A stretch of 64,000 nt of DNA from Tubiluchus corallicola. Its lineage: Eukaryota; Animalia; Priapulida. Within the stretch, counting starts at the first letter, position 1; every line of letters begins with the position of its first letter. The DNA is taken from assembly GCA_030141605.1 (NCBI GenBank), contig JAQGDQ010002380.1, positions 310,001 through 374,000 on the forward strand, written 5' to 3'. The notes beneath the pieces are model-generated. The model saw only the letters and a program-made list of their open reading frames with translations, had not been told where the DNA came from and did no database searches. This document shows positions 1 through 29,171 of the stretch, one piece after another. Made by a program: the position numbers and the translations under genes.

Positions 1-1650
1 AGAGGGCGATCGTTATTCCGCAAAAGTACAGCTTCCCCGGAGCAGCGTATCTGTCAGTATCTCCACTCGGTCGTTATGGCTTAATGGCTTCCCATTTGTT
101 TCTCTATGGTCCCAGTGGGCCCTGAAAACCACTCTCAATTTGGAAAAAGCTCGAAAACTCTTTTAATAAAACATCCAGCCATTGTCTTCAACCCGGGCAG
201 TCGCCATATGTCGTCCCCCTGGTGTGCAATGCGCATTCTTAATAGGGAATATCGTTCTCAAGCATTATGACATTAAACTGTCGTACCTCATTGGAAATAC
301 TGCAGTTTGCCTTTTTCAGTCAGTGCGACGCTTGTAACAGTTGTCAAAATATTGATATTCGTGTAACTACAGCCTGTACTAAGTGCCACTAATTGAACTT
401 TTATTGGTCGCATTAATGACTATAATCCGGGGTTTTCATTAGTGAACAATGAATAGGTCTCCCATTACCATGTCGTTATCACTAATGCTGTGTGGTGATG
501 CTGCTAAACGGCGCTGGCTTCCCCAGCCTTGTTTACATATAATGTCAGCCGAAACTTCCAACTTTCTGATTTAGTAAACTGCATGCAAAATTTTTAATAT
601 CCTCGATGCCGGGATGTTTGCTGGATTTATATTGTAGCGAGTTTAGTTTATTGTTAATTTCTTCCATGTAAGACTCTTCTGTTTTCTTGAATTTTGTGAA
701 ATTCTGTGTTTTACATTCGAAGGCCTGTGGGAGTCTGGAATTGCAGAAATGTAGATTTTTCCGGAGTCGTGAAAACTCGTAAGCGCATTATTTTCCGCTT
801 TTCCAAAAATCATAAATTGCCGTAGGGATATAGAAAAGAATTTTTCTTGACGTGACTTAAAGTTTTCTAAACCTGTTTGAAACAAATACGGGTATCATGT
901 AATGTTTTTATCACATTTGTTCAGTATAGATAACTAGGTAAATCTCCAAATTCTGACAGCTACATCCAACAGTACCAAAATCATGCAAATGTTTAAATTT
1001 TATAAGACCCTAATAAACACAAACATTTCACTTTTACAATGACCGCCCGACATTTCTGCTTTTACGACCTTTTTGCGGGCTCTCAGCCGTTCATATACGC
1101 CCACACGTCCTCTAGTTTTGAATTAGGTGGTATTCACATTTATTCAGCATTTCTACTTGCACTCACACTATTAGTAGAGGTAAAATCCAGTGTTTAATGA
1201 AGACCAAATCTTACACGCAATACTAAGCATACGTACTTAAGTTTATACAATAGACCGGTGGGATTGACGTATGATTGAACGTGGTCTCTGTTGTGGTGGT
1301 ATGTAATTCCACCTCTGGACTAACATTGTAAAATACATACTTTACTTATGTAAAGTGTATTCGAAATAAAATGATGTTAATAATAATAATAATACCGATG
1401 AAAATAAATTTGTGAACTTTCTTAGGATCTTTACGAAGGTTTTAACCCTTTCGGATAGCCATTCATTTGACATTAAAATGAAAATGATTTCTACTGTAGT
1501 ATTGCGTGCCCGTTTCTAGGACCAAATGGCGAGTACGGAAGAAAAGAAGTAACTGACTCTTTTAGCTCAGAATATTTTTTGAATTATTATCATCTTATAC
1601 GAGATACAGATTTGTAATGCAACAATTTTTTCTAAAAATTTTGTCATAAC

Positions 1651-1830
1651 GCTCTCTCTCTCTCTCTCTCGCTCTCTCTCTCTCTCTCCTCTCCTCTCCT
1701 CTCCCCTCCCCTCCCCTCTCCTCTCCTCTCCTCTCCTCTCCTCTCCTCTCCTCTCCCCTCCCCTCCCCTCCCCTCCCCTCCCCCTTCTCTCTCTCACTCT
1801 ATCTATCTCTCTTTGTCTCTCTCTCCCTCT
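1651..1830. repeat. (CT)n / (CTCTC)n / (CCCCT)n pyrimidine microsatellite
   Basis: Directly visible simple repeat; source of the spurious R/G/E-rich ORF 1567..1797. Confidence 0.95.
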
Positions 1831-4421
1831 TGCTCGCTTCCTTTTTCCCCTTGTTCCTGAATTTCGTTTTCACTTTGCTCTTCCCATCTTCCTCATATTT
1901 TCAGCAGTTATAGGAAACAATAAACTTGCGACATTAACGCTCTTTGCCTGCAACGCTGATTGCGTGCGTTGACGAGTCTATTTTATTTGGACAACATGCT
2001 GTATTGTCTGGCAGCTTCATCAGTTTATACCACAAAGTAATGCTCGTGTGTTTGCTGTGTAAATTCGTACTGACACAAACATAAAGGCAGCGAATAACAT
2101 TATGAAGGCTAGGTGTCGTTTTCCTGAATCCATTTCCAACTTTGAATGTTTGAGCCGATAACGATAAAGCCGTCTCACCAAGCTATTGACGCAGGCTATT
2201 GAATTTCACGATGCGCCACATCCAAAACTTCGAGAAATGGGTGGAGTTCCTTAGTAAATTCCCGTAAAATTTAATCTTCTGAACGAACGGATTGCCGTAG
2301 ATTCTTTCGGATGTAGTAGGAACTTCTGTTAACCCTTTATCTCTGTCACTGCTTCGTCTGTTGTATTACTGCTGCATTGCTGTGCAGCAGTGCTGTTTTT
2401 TGGCTTTCTTGCTACATTTGTGTACGCAACTTTCAAATGTAATGAACAAGAATACAAATTTTGAGGACTTCCTCGAGCGTGAGATCATAAAGCAAATTAG
2501 AAAACGTCTTTGCTCCGGAGATTACTAATGGATGCAACTTTGTTATTCAATTCGACATTCTACAAGCAAGTATTCAGTGGTACAGCTAACTTCATGTGGA
2601 TTATTGGCGAAAACTTCGCTCATTTGCTACGGCTCGTGCTCCTACAAGATGAGAGATTGTTCCAGCAGAAGTGTCTCAACGACACATGGATGTGAATAAA
2701 AATCCTTCAGCGAGGTAAAGACTAAAGAGCCACCCAGGAGTATTGAATCCAGACTGTCACAAGCACTTCAGTGACGAAGTGGCTTAAACTTTGGTCGCGA
2801 GGAATACGTACGTGACCACTAGCTATTCACCTGCCTTCGTCGACAACACGTCTTATCGTTGTTGCCGTAAATTTGCGTTACATCAGACATTTACCATGTC
2901 TCCGTTGCCATTTCTGTTCACCCTCTTTTTATGTTTTTAAAATTTGATGAGTGAACAAAACATTTTCACATAACTTCGTGACCGGATCAATCTGTTATGT
3001 TTGAATAAATAATATAAGCAAATAAATAAAACGATACAATTGTATATGATCAATTTAGACTAGTTGTTTTTGGTCCAGTAGCCGTTTTTGGTTGTTTCTC
3101 TAACTAGCTGGATATAATAAAGAATTTGTTTCAGGTGTTATAGTTTCGATGATGTGAAACCGATATTAACCTAACAGAAACTAATTACATGTAAATAAAT
3201 AACGTTGCCTGCCATTATGGATGTTGCGCAAGATCAAAAATGTCTCATTAGTACTAGTACTTACCATAAAAATGTCCGCGATTTTCCTTGTGTTATTAGC
3301 TGAAAGGGCCTGAACATTATAATAAAGTTTAGCTTAAATTAAATAAAATATTGCCAAAGACAGTTGACACACACTGGCGATGTGTACATGTATCATGCTT
3401 TATGGGTTTCAATATAGCAACATTGAATGCCATTCGCGCGGATATTAAACTTGCGCTCATAAACAGAATGAATTACAGGGAAACGATTGAAGTCGTGTTT
3501 TAGCGCCAGCTTGTTGAAAAATATGATCGATTAATTTTCGAAGAATTTTCCAGTTTTTCTGTGGGTTGCATAAACTAAAATATTACCGGTTCATGAGAAA
3601 TCTTGTTAAGCTGCCACGGCGCGTAAATGCGTTGGCGAATAAATTCTCTTCCATTATGGAAGAAAAGTACACTTGAAGGTTCCCAGTTTCTGGATTTTCA
3701 TGCATAGTTTCTGCAATCATTTATTTGTGATCTTATATTTGGGCTCAAATGTACTAGCAGAATTGCAAGCTGTTCAATGCTCATAATTGCTCATACACAC
3801 ACATACGCACAGTTATGTGTGTGTGTGTGTGTGCGTGTGCGTGCGTGTATATGTGCGTGCGTGTGTAGCTGCGGTTGCTAGTAAAGAGGCGAATATCTGA
3901 CTACTTGCCTTTTCATCTTGACATTTAGTGGAAAAACCTGATTGGATTTATATTGTCATCGTAATAATTCTTTGACACAATCGGCCCGATTTGTTCAGCT
4001 GCATTTGCGCATACTATCTAGGATCATAGTAGAGTTAAGACGCTGTTAGCGTATTTTAAACTGGGAGTTGAACTAACTAGAATTGAACTTGTGTCGGCAT
4101 CCAGTTACAGTATCTAGTAAGAAATAGAGAAATAAATTTATTTTCTTGTTCTTTTGCAGGCAAAATCAAATACTCGGAGAGGGTTTACGACGCGTGTATG
4201 GAAGCATTCGATTGTTTACCTCTAGCAGCGATAATGAACCAACAATTTCTGTGTGTTCACGGTGGCCTTTCTCCCGAAATACATACACTAGATGATATAA
4301 GAAAGGTATCACTAATGAAAAGTTTAAAATTTTGCATGCATATATAATTTGCTGGCAAACAATGTTATTCAAATCATGCTATATAAATAATGTACATGCA
4401 CGTATGTTGTGGCAATATACA

Positions 4422-4800
4422 TAGGGTTCCCTTGGTCAGGGAAAATCCTTGAAAATGCAGGCTATCCTGTAAAGTAATGGAAAAGTCGGGGAAAATGATG
4501 AAAATTGGGCGAAAGTCAGGGAAGTTGGAAAGGATTGCAAAAATAATCATCGTGAATCGATATTTTTCCAAACATATTTTTCAGCTATTCATGTTCAAAT
4601 AAACGATTTCTATTCCAAAAGTAATGATTGACCGACACATTATATCAATTTATGTATGAATGTCCATACATAAAAATGTTTGAATATGTATACTGGTAAT
4701 CCAATTTCTGCTTATCTTGATCTTAGAAAATCAATATTTGGTAAGGGAAAGGTCATGGAAAAGTCAGCGAAATTTATTTTAAAATTCTGTGGGAACCCTG
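4422..4800. mobile_element. Non-autonomous DNA transposon (hAT-like MITE)
   Basis: Terminal inverted repeats TAGGGTTCCC (4422) and GGGAACCCTG (4791-4800); internal GGAAAAGTC-type subrepeats; degenerate 8-bp flanks AATATACA/TTAATACA. Confidence 0.65.
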
Positions 4801-5553
4801 TTAATACACTGGATGTTATAAGAAAGGTATCACGATTTTAAAAGCATAAAATTTGACATGCATAAGTAATTTCTCGGGTACATATGGCTTACGAGATTAA
4901 TGTTATACTGCTCCTGCAAATAATACTATATGCAAATCATACTATGGTATGCGTGCATGCAATATTGTGACAAATTTCCCCATAGGCCAGATACACACAA
5001 GAAAATTTTGTAATACGTTTTTATAGGTTCTCTGGAATGAGCCTATATTGTAAGTGTAATGTTGCAGACATATTGCACTATTCTGTAAAAATATTTGCTC
5101 GTTATTTGTGCGCGATGCATAAACACTTATCATTTATTTAATCAAAATTGATGATTAAAGCTATAACTGCTGATCTTTTATTACTTGCTGTTTGTGGCAT
5201 TACAATGGATAAACGTAGTTGTGAGGTGTTTTTACAAAAAAACCTTTGCAACCTTTCCTTAGAAAAATAAACCTCACTTAGCACACCCTCCTCTTAATTT
5301 TACATCTTTTTGAATGGCGTACCTAGCAACCGCCTGCTGATTTCTCTGCTCTGATTACCTGGGTGGAAGTGCATTAACTCACCTGTAACTTACACCTGTA
5401 TTGCCCTGGATATTGATGTTGGGGAATTCCGCGGCAACACATTCTCTTTAGCCGTGTAAATCTTATGTGATCAAAAAACCATTCCGTGTATTTGTAGTAG
5501 GGTTGTAAACTTGCTGTAAACTACAATCCAGTCTATCCACTCCTAATAAATAG

Positions 5554-6062
<509 letters not shown>

Positions 6063-7997
6063 GTGTCTGTGTCTAACCGCATATCTGTCGCTCTTTCTGT
6101 CTCCTGTTTAATTTTCTATCTCATTTCAAATCTACGTATTTCAGATTATCAGAAGTTATTTTGCGTTTCGCTTTTCAATGCGGTATGCACGTCGAATTAT
6201 TTTCTTGCTGTCTTTCAAGCTTTTAATTTTCCTATTTTTAAAGGCTATTTTGCTTGAAAAAATGCACAGGATCTAAGCTTTAGTTGTTAAGCTTTGGTAA
6301 GACAAATTGTCGTACTTCTGTAAATTAGTTGAAGTACATTAGGCCTAGTGTGCTTTGGGAATTCGAGTATGCAGAATGTTGTAAGACCTGTGTAGAAGGA
6401 TGAATGATTCATAATTGCATATGGGAAATTGGGACCACAAAGCATTAAGAACTGTTGTCGTAGAAGCTGACGAACCGTTGCCCTTGAAGGGCCTTTCTGT
6501 TTCTGAATTCCCCATGCAGTGAAGTTCCAAGGTCCTGTGGCTTCCAACACTACTACACAGCATTCGTTTGCTGAACAGATTAAACCATGTTATGTTAGGT
6601 AGTTTGCTTCAATAAGCTGCTTTAGTGTCCAACTGGATTGGCTCAACTAACTGAGCTAAGCCATGTACAAGTATGTACATTTGCTGGAAACTTAATACTT
6701 TTGAAATAGAGGTTTCTACATGTTTACCTTGGCGTAGTCTGTCATTGACTTTACTTATTAGGCATAAATGGCATCCGCTGCAGTAGCATGCCTCTGAAAT
6801 AACTTCATTAAATAATCGCTGTTATGGTTTATATTTCTCATCATGTAGTTTCCAACCTAGAGCGCATGATTGTTTTAAGTTAGGTTTTTACAGGTAGCCT
6901 TAATTAAATTCAGAGCAAGAGATAGTAAGATTGTAGCGTTAACTTCTTTAATCTTGCAAAAGTGCACGAGCACACCATTGGTTAGCAATTAAAATAAGTA
7001 CTGCAGATAGTTCAGTAAGACTTAATCTTTAACTAAATTTTATACTCTCACCGCCAGTTCCTGAAATAGTAGATGATTGTTGTAAACTGAAAACCCTTGT
7101 TTCAGTTGCTTTGTTTAAACGAATGCTTGTCTAATTTCTCGAAAAATAGGGAGTCTGGGCCCTCCATCTTATTTTGCACTGTGAAATCTAACTACTGTGT
7201 ATACACGTATTAACTCTCCAGGTATAAAATATTTGCACTTGTGTATTTTGGAGTTACATGTAAGGCGCGATGTTCTCAACAACGACCGAACTATTTACGC
7301 GTCAAACGAACGGTGATTTTTCCCTTTTTTCCGCAAAAGTCATAGAACGGAAATGTAAAGAACCGGACTGTTAGAGTTCTAGACATTACTGTAAAGAAAA
7401 TTCAACGTAGGTGTTAACAGACAGAATTTTGTTTCCTGGGTGGCTACACTTTCTCGCAGTGGGTATTTTCCCGGATAGAATCCAAGCAAATTTTGTAAAA
7501 ATGTTGCAAACAATTTCCTGAAAAAATCGATTTGTGCAACTACGAGGTCGCCCCGAAAAAATAAACACATTATTAGAAAGAGAAAGACCGATTGCAGTGT
7601 TTGAGTGTTTCGTGTAAGATAATGTTCACTGAACGAAAGGGAAGGGTGTACATATTTTGAAATTCTTTTAACATGTGAGTATATTTTGTTGGGCGGCTTT
7701 CGCGAAGTCATAGAATTTAACAAAGTTGAGAATGAGAGACACCTGGTTTAGCGTTTTTATGAAACTCGTGTTTATTGCACGGCGCCAACTAAAGTCGCAA
7801 TTGGACTAGAAAGAAATTTGTAGCAATGCATTGACGATTGATCTTTCTCTTCCTTTTATATTAGTGAAAAAAAAGTCAAATGTGTGTCAGGCTGTCGTTA
7901 GACGTTGTCCAAGCGTTGTCAGCCTAGGTGTTAAACTTTTTTGTTTGATTAACACGTGAGATTGAGGGGGTCTTGAAAGTAATAATCTTAATTATTA

Positions 7998-8233
7998 CCG
8001 GGTGGCGTAGTTCAGTGGTATCGTGCTCACTTCTCACTCGCGAGGTCGCGGGTTCAACTTCCGATCGAGTCATACCAAAGACTTAGAATATGGTATCGCT
8101 GGTTCTTCAGCCAAGCACACGGGTTTATCGAAATTACGTGCGGTTATTATTGATTGGGACCACCTTGGAAATAAGTATTATTTAAGTGTTACCTAAGGTG
8201 TTTTCTCTGGATTATATCATATAAAGTTATCCT
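7998..8233 (+). mobile_element. tRNA-derived SINE with Meta-domain-like core
   Basis: A-box-like GGTGGCGTAGTTCAGTGG and B-box-like GGTTCAACTTCC, then GAGTCATACCAAAGACTTAGAATATGGTA...CAGCCAAGCACAC, which resembles the MetaSINE central domain as I recall it; 3' end approximate. Confidence 0.7.
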
Positions 8234-8540
8234 ACAAGTGTAATCCATGTCTGTGCAGCATTTGTGTACACTCCATCTCGTCCAAACTTGGCTGACTATT
8301 AGCTTTGCCAAACTTACCCAGGGAAAACAGAAAGACCACAAAACAGAAAAGGCAAACTACTTTCTGCTAGAGTAGACCATTGTTTACTCTGGAAGGAGAA
8401 TTTTTTGGCTTCACATTCAGTTTGCTTTGCCTACTTTTCCCTCACTTCATTGTTTCTTCAGTTTTTTATTCATGCGTACTTTGTGAGTCTAGTAATAAGC
8501 AAAATTGTTGCCCTCACGCAGATCTAGGTCAGTCAACGTT

Positions 8541-8737
8541 AGCGATATTGGCATCCTTGATGGATATCGCTGCCCGGGAATAATGCTGATCGATATGTCG
8601 ACCAATCGCAGGCGCTGATGGCCAGGAAAAATGGAGCAGCTAATCCTTTCGGATTAATTGCGGATTATGAGTAGATATTTTAGCGGCTGTTTGTGATTAG
8701 ATCCCATTGGGCTGTTAATGTCTGTTGGATTAATTAG
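8541..8737. promoter_or_regulatory. Candidate intronic enhancer with clustered K50-homeodomain (TAATCC) sites
   Basis: TAATCC/GGATTA at 8641, 8651, 8662 and 8727; Pbx-Hox-like TGATGGAT at 8558. Confidence 0.35.
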
Positions 8738-10692
8738 CGACACGTGCTTTTCTCAGTAATGAAAATGTGATCATTATTCGATTGCCTATATTTAGCACAA
8801 TACACACAGTAAGCTCATTATTATTTCAAAGCCCAGCCTTGTCTAATTCACAGTGACGTCATAGCTGCTAATGTAAGTAATACATAGAACCCTCAGCACT
8901 GAGATGCTGATTTGCCAGTCTCCATAGCATGCGAGACAAAGCTGATAACAGTAACCAAAAAAACGAGGTCTGATCTGTACCTGTGCTGGGTTGTTAAAAC
9001 TTAATGCCGTGGCTTCTTGTTTGGTTCGTAGCACAAGTTTTTTACAAGATAGTACGAGATAGTTATCTGCGTTATCTTACAGGCTTTGTTTATAGCAAAA
9101 TGTTTGAACTGTGAATTTACCAAAATGTAATTTTTAAACTGTGTCTGAATTCCTGGCCAAACAAAAGTTGCAGTTTGGAATAAATCTAAGTTGTTATTTG
9201 AATTGAAAATGGTTTCCTAAAACTTTGAAGAAAATCCACGTTCGAGGACGTCAACGTTAAAATAATATTGAAATAAAGGCGTTAAGGAAAATTAAACAAG
9301 TTCCAAGTCTCTGGTTTTGTTTTGTTGATGTATTTAGTTTTCACAAATTAAGATGCTGACCAATTTTTATTGGTATTTCAACAAATTGCTGCGGCGTTAA
9401 GTGCAGTGCTGCCAGCATTGTTGTCAATTTATTTATTATGTGCACAAAATAAACAAAAATTTAGTTAATTTTGGTACAGTCTTGCCACTCCATTCTGTTT
9501 TAATTGTGCAAAAAACGTGTTTGGGATAATACAACGTCTTCAGAAAAATTATAATGTAATTAGCCTTTGACAAGTGCTAGTGTTTTTGCCAAATAAAGCA
9601 AGATTACTTTTTTATATACATGTACATTTACTATAAATGTAAAGTGTAAAGGCAGTATTGAAATACACACAGATATAAGACAGCTGCAACACATAAAGAA
9701 TTTGCAGTTAAGTTTCAAAAACTCGTTTATATAAAAATTTAAAAATCATTTGAATTAACCTATATGTAGTTATGTTATGTAGGCACGTTAACTACAGTGT
9801 TTTCAATATTCCTGTTGATCTTATGGGCTTTTTCAACTATTTATAGTGTATTCTATTGACACCTGTGGCCTATCCATTAATATCTAATGCTGACTCAGGC
9901 AATTCCCCTAGTGGCTTGGAAATCAATACAGTTAAGCTAATACCTTGTTGGATAATTAAGTTAATCATAGTTATGCAATTGGCATATAATGCGTTGCTGC
10001 TAGATCTTGGAATAATAGCGGAGAGAAGGCAGATACCCTGGTGCTAAAGAAAGCATACATTAAAAATGTTTCCAAAGTATTTATTATGTAATCATTGCCA
10101 CCATCATTTTCATTTTGTTATTATCATTATTGTAAACATTGAACTGTATCACTATTATTGTTATTATTTTTATAAGCTAGGCATATAACTAAATAATCGC
10201 TATGATGTGTATCCACCAAGAAACCAGTCCTGATACCAGCCCCTGTTCTGATTAGACATCTCACCTTGGAGTATCTTTGCTATTAAGCTGGAGGATTATT
10301 TTTTGTATTAAACTAAATTTTAGTCCTGCCGCAATTGTCAGGTGTTGAATTTTAAACCTCAGCTTGCAGAGGGCTAAACTATTTAAAATTGTTGTTTCTT
10401 GAACGTTTGACTGATTTCAAAAGGATTATTTTCTCTGCCAATGATTGTCTTCAAAAAGTGTGTAGGCTTTCTAATGTATATAATTTTTATTTTACTGTAA
10501 AAATACAGAAAATACATATCAGTTCTGGTCAAGTATGTGTATATGTATATGTTAGTCCAGTAAATACAAAAGTGGCCACCTTTGGATGTCCATGACTTGC
10601 AGTTCCATAAATGTACCCTGCCATTTGGATACTATGTATTCAGAGCAGATGCTTTAGTTAGCTATTTACACATTTTCATTTCTGTATTGCAG

Positions 10693-24518
<13,826 letters not shown>

Positions 24519-24677
24519 TATCAGGTACATTGTTTTTTGTTTTGTTTTTGTCGTAATTTTTTTCTCCAGGGTGGCAAAGAAGTTACTTAAGTTGAATTGA
24601 GTTCTTTGAATTTAAGAAATGAGTGTTTAGTCCAATACGTACAATGACACATAAATCTTATAAAGTACTATACTTTC

Positions 24678-24738
24678 TCCTCTTTCCCTCCCTCCCTCTC
24701 TCCCTTTTCTCCCTCTCTCTTCCTCTCTCCCTCTCTTC

Positions 24739-24769
<31 letters not shown>

Positions 24770-24780
24770 ACTCACTCTCT
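24678..24780. repeat. (CT)n-rich tract in the 3' UTR region
   Basis: Visible simple repeat. Confidence 0.85.
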
Positions 24781-27700
24781 GTGATTTACTGTTTCTGATC
24801 TGCTAGTTTATAAATTCAAAATGCATTTTACAATTAATATCTGTTTTATTTTTATTTGTTGCAGAAACTTTCATTTCTGAGTTCCGTTTCACGTCATTCT
24901 GGTCACACTTAACAACACATGCACATTCACAATATTAATGAAATAAACAAAACAGATGTGGCATTCACTCGTGAAACATTACCAAGTATGGTCGAGCAGT
25001 GATGAAGCTACATCTGCCATCACGTACTGTGTTACTATGATCTGTTTTTTGTCTCAGAAAAGCTATTGTTTTGCTACGTTATTACGTTATTAGTCAGTTG
25101 TTGTTTTTGAGTTTTCACTATTTGTACAGTGTTCACAACACTATAGTTTTAACTTGTTGAATTTATTCATGTCCGTCATGCTGAATGCACAAGGCTTTTG
25201 ATTCACATCATCAAACTAAAGCATTTTATGTATAACTTGTTAACATCTAGTAATTTTTAGTTTATTTATTTATATTTGCGTGCAGCTACCTCATTATTTC
25301 GCACTTGTTTTGTAACACAGTTTGTGAGTGGCTGGTATTGGGTGGCCCACTGGCCAATGGCCAGTCAGAAGTGCCTTTTCAGAATGTAGGCTGAATCAGC
25401 ATTTCTGATTAATAGTTGTTAATAGCAACTGTCTTTAGTCAGTTAATTTTGACAGACATTACAAGAGTAGGTCACTTGTAAAATATTAGACAATTGAGCT
25501 GTGACATTGAATGTGATTGGTTGATTTTGTGATCTGGAAACTGTATGATCAGCCACTGAACTTCATTTGCTATTTCATCATTAGTTATTATTATAAGTAT
25601 TCTTATTGTAATTTTTCACCTATTCGCATGTGTCACCTTCCCCGTTCCCTTCAAAATGAGCTACTTCATTTCTTTCGACTGGCCAAGATGGAGCGTCTCA
25701 TTTTGTCGAAGGGGTGTGACTGTTTTTTTATCATCACTTGGGTATTTAACTTACTTATTAACTTATTCATGGAAAACTAAAACAGTATACAAGGAATATT
25801 TCCATGATATTGTTAATATTTCTTGCAAATGCATGCATGTTAATAAAGCCTTTCAGTTTATTAAAGGATTCTTTGTGATACTGGTGTAAAATGTCAGTTG
25901 TCACGGACTTGAGTGAACAATATATATATGTCTGCGAAGGTGGGTAGCAAGTTATTTCGTAAGTTGCTTGAATATGGTGTTAAAGAACATTTCTATGAAA
26001 GTACGAATTACCATTACCATTGTAAATTTTCTAATTATATTTATGAATATAATATATAATGTATAATTAATATATTAAAACTTCCACAATGCAAGGCGAA
26101 ACTGTGCACAATATGCGTGCCAGGCTTTCTCGTTGCTACTAGCAATGTATGTGTGCCTCGTGTGGAAATCTTTTTATCATTTTTGGAATAATATATTATT
26201 GGTATTGAGAGGCCAGAGATCTATAAACTGAACTTGTTTAATATATAAATATAAATGGATTGTTCTCTTGTTTGCATTTCTATTTATTTCTCAAATTTTT
26301 GATGAACTTGTTTTCGATTCTGATTTTCGTTATAAATTTTATAAATATTCTGGTCGTGTATGATGTCTTCTGTAAGAGAAGGTCTTGCAGGCTTGTTGCA
26401 GGAATTTAGCGAGTACACTCGAACGTTGCACTCACACACTACACTCACAGTGCCGTTACCGTTTAGGTTTCTGTCTTCCATTGTGAGTATAGTGAAGTAA
26501 CTAAGGCAACAGAATTTGTTTATTACATAATTTTTAACCTATGCATTTTTTGGTGTGACGTGTATATGTGAATTAAATGTTCAGCATTTGAATTTTATAC
26601 ATGTTTTCCATCTGCTTTCAAGCTATTGTGTCATTGATATTGCAGCTTGTTATTTGGAATTTGATATTTAAATACTAGTATTTAGTAGTAGTGTCATACA
26701 TAGTGTTTTTCTTGCTAACTTCTTAAGTGCACAATATATTGCCAGACTTCATCTTTAAATCGCAGATGAAAGCAGTAATTTCATGCCTGTGTATATACTT
26801 TGAATATTTTGATAAAAAGAAACAATTGGTGTACTAGCTTATTTTTAGCCAAACTTGTTCCGTTTATTCACACATTGTAAAATTTGTTGATTTATCATTA
26901 CTTGCCTTTAATCTGCATTTCGTTGTGGTTACCTGTTTACTTTTATACTAAAGTTCGTTGTTACATATAAAGTTCCCACATGTAAGTGGGAATTGTACAG
27001 TTTATTAATTTACACATCAATTAGTGAAGCTGTCAAACTTGCCCAGTCAAAATTAATCTTTACTATCAAATTTTGTATATAGTTGGTTCATGTCTGAGTT
27101 TGGTTAGTATCCCATTTGTGTGATTTTTTTTCGTTTTACGTAAACTTTACATTTCAAAAGACGTCATGTGTTCTGGCTATCCGCAGTGTAATAAATACAA
27201 GATTTTTTGCTTATTTTTTGCAATTTGAATGTTGATAGAACTAAAGTACTCTTCAAAATTCGTAGATGCTATTCTTGTGTGAATTTTACCGCAGTTATTA
27301 TAAGTGCTTCATAGTGTTTATCTTTCCATTTTGACACTTTCTTATACTGTTCTTTTAATTAAATAAGTAATGTGGTTAATTAATCGCAAAAATCTCTCAT
27401 TATCAAAAGCCTGATAACCTCAGCTGCCTAGATTTGAGATAGTTTATTCCAGATAGTTTAATCCTATATTCCAAAACAATATAAGATTAGTTTTTATTTG
27501 GCAAATCTGGAGTAAAGAGTAGTAGCTAAAGTTACTTAAGTAATATCTGTTCCATGTTTAGTTTTATGAAGCTCTTCCAGATTACTTTGCAATCATTTTT
27601 GCATGTCAGCTTGACTAGGTGCCTGTACAACTATGATTTGCTGAATATCAATGGGTGTTGAGCCATATGCTGAATTAGTCTGTGAAATTGTAGAGTTAAT

Positions 27701-29171
27701 ATAAAAAAGCTGAAGTACACATGGTTGTCTTTTTAAAATGTTAAGATTTTTCTCCTACTTAACTTAAAATCTCTTCTTTGTCTAAATCTAAAACACACAA
27801 CTTTAAAATGATGTCAGTAAATTGTAATTTTATGTGTTTGCTGTGTTGATACTGATAATAACAATTACACTGTATAAAACGTTTAGTGCATGCTGTTGTT
27901 TTATTCTTGTTTATTTAAACTTTAACTATATTTCTGTGTTACAATAAATGAACTCAAAACAGAAAATGCAATGCCTTATATGTTTAAAATTCCTGGCAAG
28001 AGCAAGGGGGTATTTTACAGTACAATTCTAATGTTGTATATGATAGATATCATGAAGCAACATATTTTTATCATAATAGCTTATTGCCACACACACTAAC
28101 ATTTCTGGAAGTCAGTGATCAAAAGTTATATTACTGCATACCTAATTGCTCAGTTTAACAATATTAAATTATAAATCTACTCGTATTTTGCTTAATAAAA
28201 ACTTTAATTTGCAAACAATATGCAGCCAATAATATGCTAGAATCTGTTTTGTTTCTCGTGTCAAGTCAAACTCATGTACACAACCTTTTAAGATCACTCT
28301 CCACAGTAAGAACAGTGACACATGGGGACCTCGTGTTAAAATTAATGCTTTAGTATTTACAGTGAATTGCAGCTTTGTATTATGTATAACAAATAGATAT
28401 CAGTTGTCAGAGTTTCACAATGTAGTGAAATGAAAAAGTGAACTCATACAGTATCATGCTGAGTGCATTTGATGCTGCTCATTGTCTAATAATCAAAATA
28501 CGAGAAAAAATTCACTAATAATTCTTGTTGCTGGTGTTGATCAAATGCACTAATCTTGTAATCTGATGTGACTTATCAAATGCACTTTCATTGTTTCTTT
28601 CATACACGTTCCTTAATCATTGCCTTCTTTTTGGTTGTTAAATGTACGGTGTCATTTTGAGTAATTTATCTTACTTAGCTGTCCACATTGTTTTTCATTT
28701 GACAGGTAGTTTTGATTTTTGTTAAGCGGCCATGCAATTTGTTTTTTTTACAGAAAAAGTGGCAATTTGTTAACATTCTACTTTATTTACTCTCATTTTA
28801 TGTGTCTGTTTATGTGCGTAATGTATAGGTATTGTAAATTTTTTTCGTATTATGCTACTCTAATTTTTTTTCATTAAATTTCTATTTATGTGCAAGTTGC
28901 TGCAAATCTTTTAGGTGCTAATCGATGAAATAAAAGAAATGTTCACCTTCCATGCAAATAATTATATGTAAGTCTTAGTAAAATTAATAGTTGATCACTA
29001 CAGCAATTTACCGTTAAAAATAATTAACAATGTTAATACTCAATTAAAAATTATTCGCAAATGAGCATAACCATTAACCAAGCCTAGCCCTAAGTGTCCA
29101 ACGTGAGACTCGTCGTAAATATTCCGTCAATGTGTTACCAAGTGATTGGCTTTCCTGTTGAAGATATCCCG

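Noticed and set aside
2510-2695. LLFNSTFYKQV resembles a Penelope-like RT motif
   Set aside because: Single short motif; no other RT motifs found nearby.
6421-6522. Small ORF MGNWDHKALRTVVVEADEPLPLKGLSVSEFPMQ as an alternative first exon
   Set aside because: No in-phase donor for the phase-0 exon at 10693 and no recognisable homology.
8001-8065. Possible tRNA gene
   Set aside because: No complete cloverleaf or acceptor stem; continues into a SINE core.
24525-24864. Possible 3' UTR intron (donor 24525; acceptors 24569 or 24864)
   Set aside because: Splice-like motifs only; cannot be supported without transcripts.
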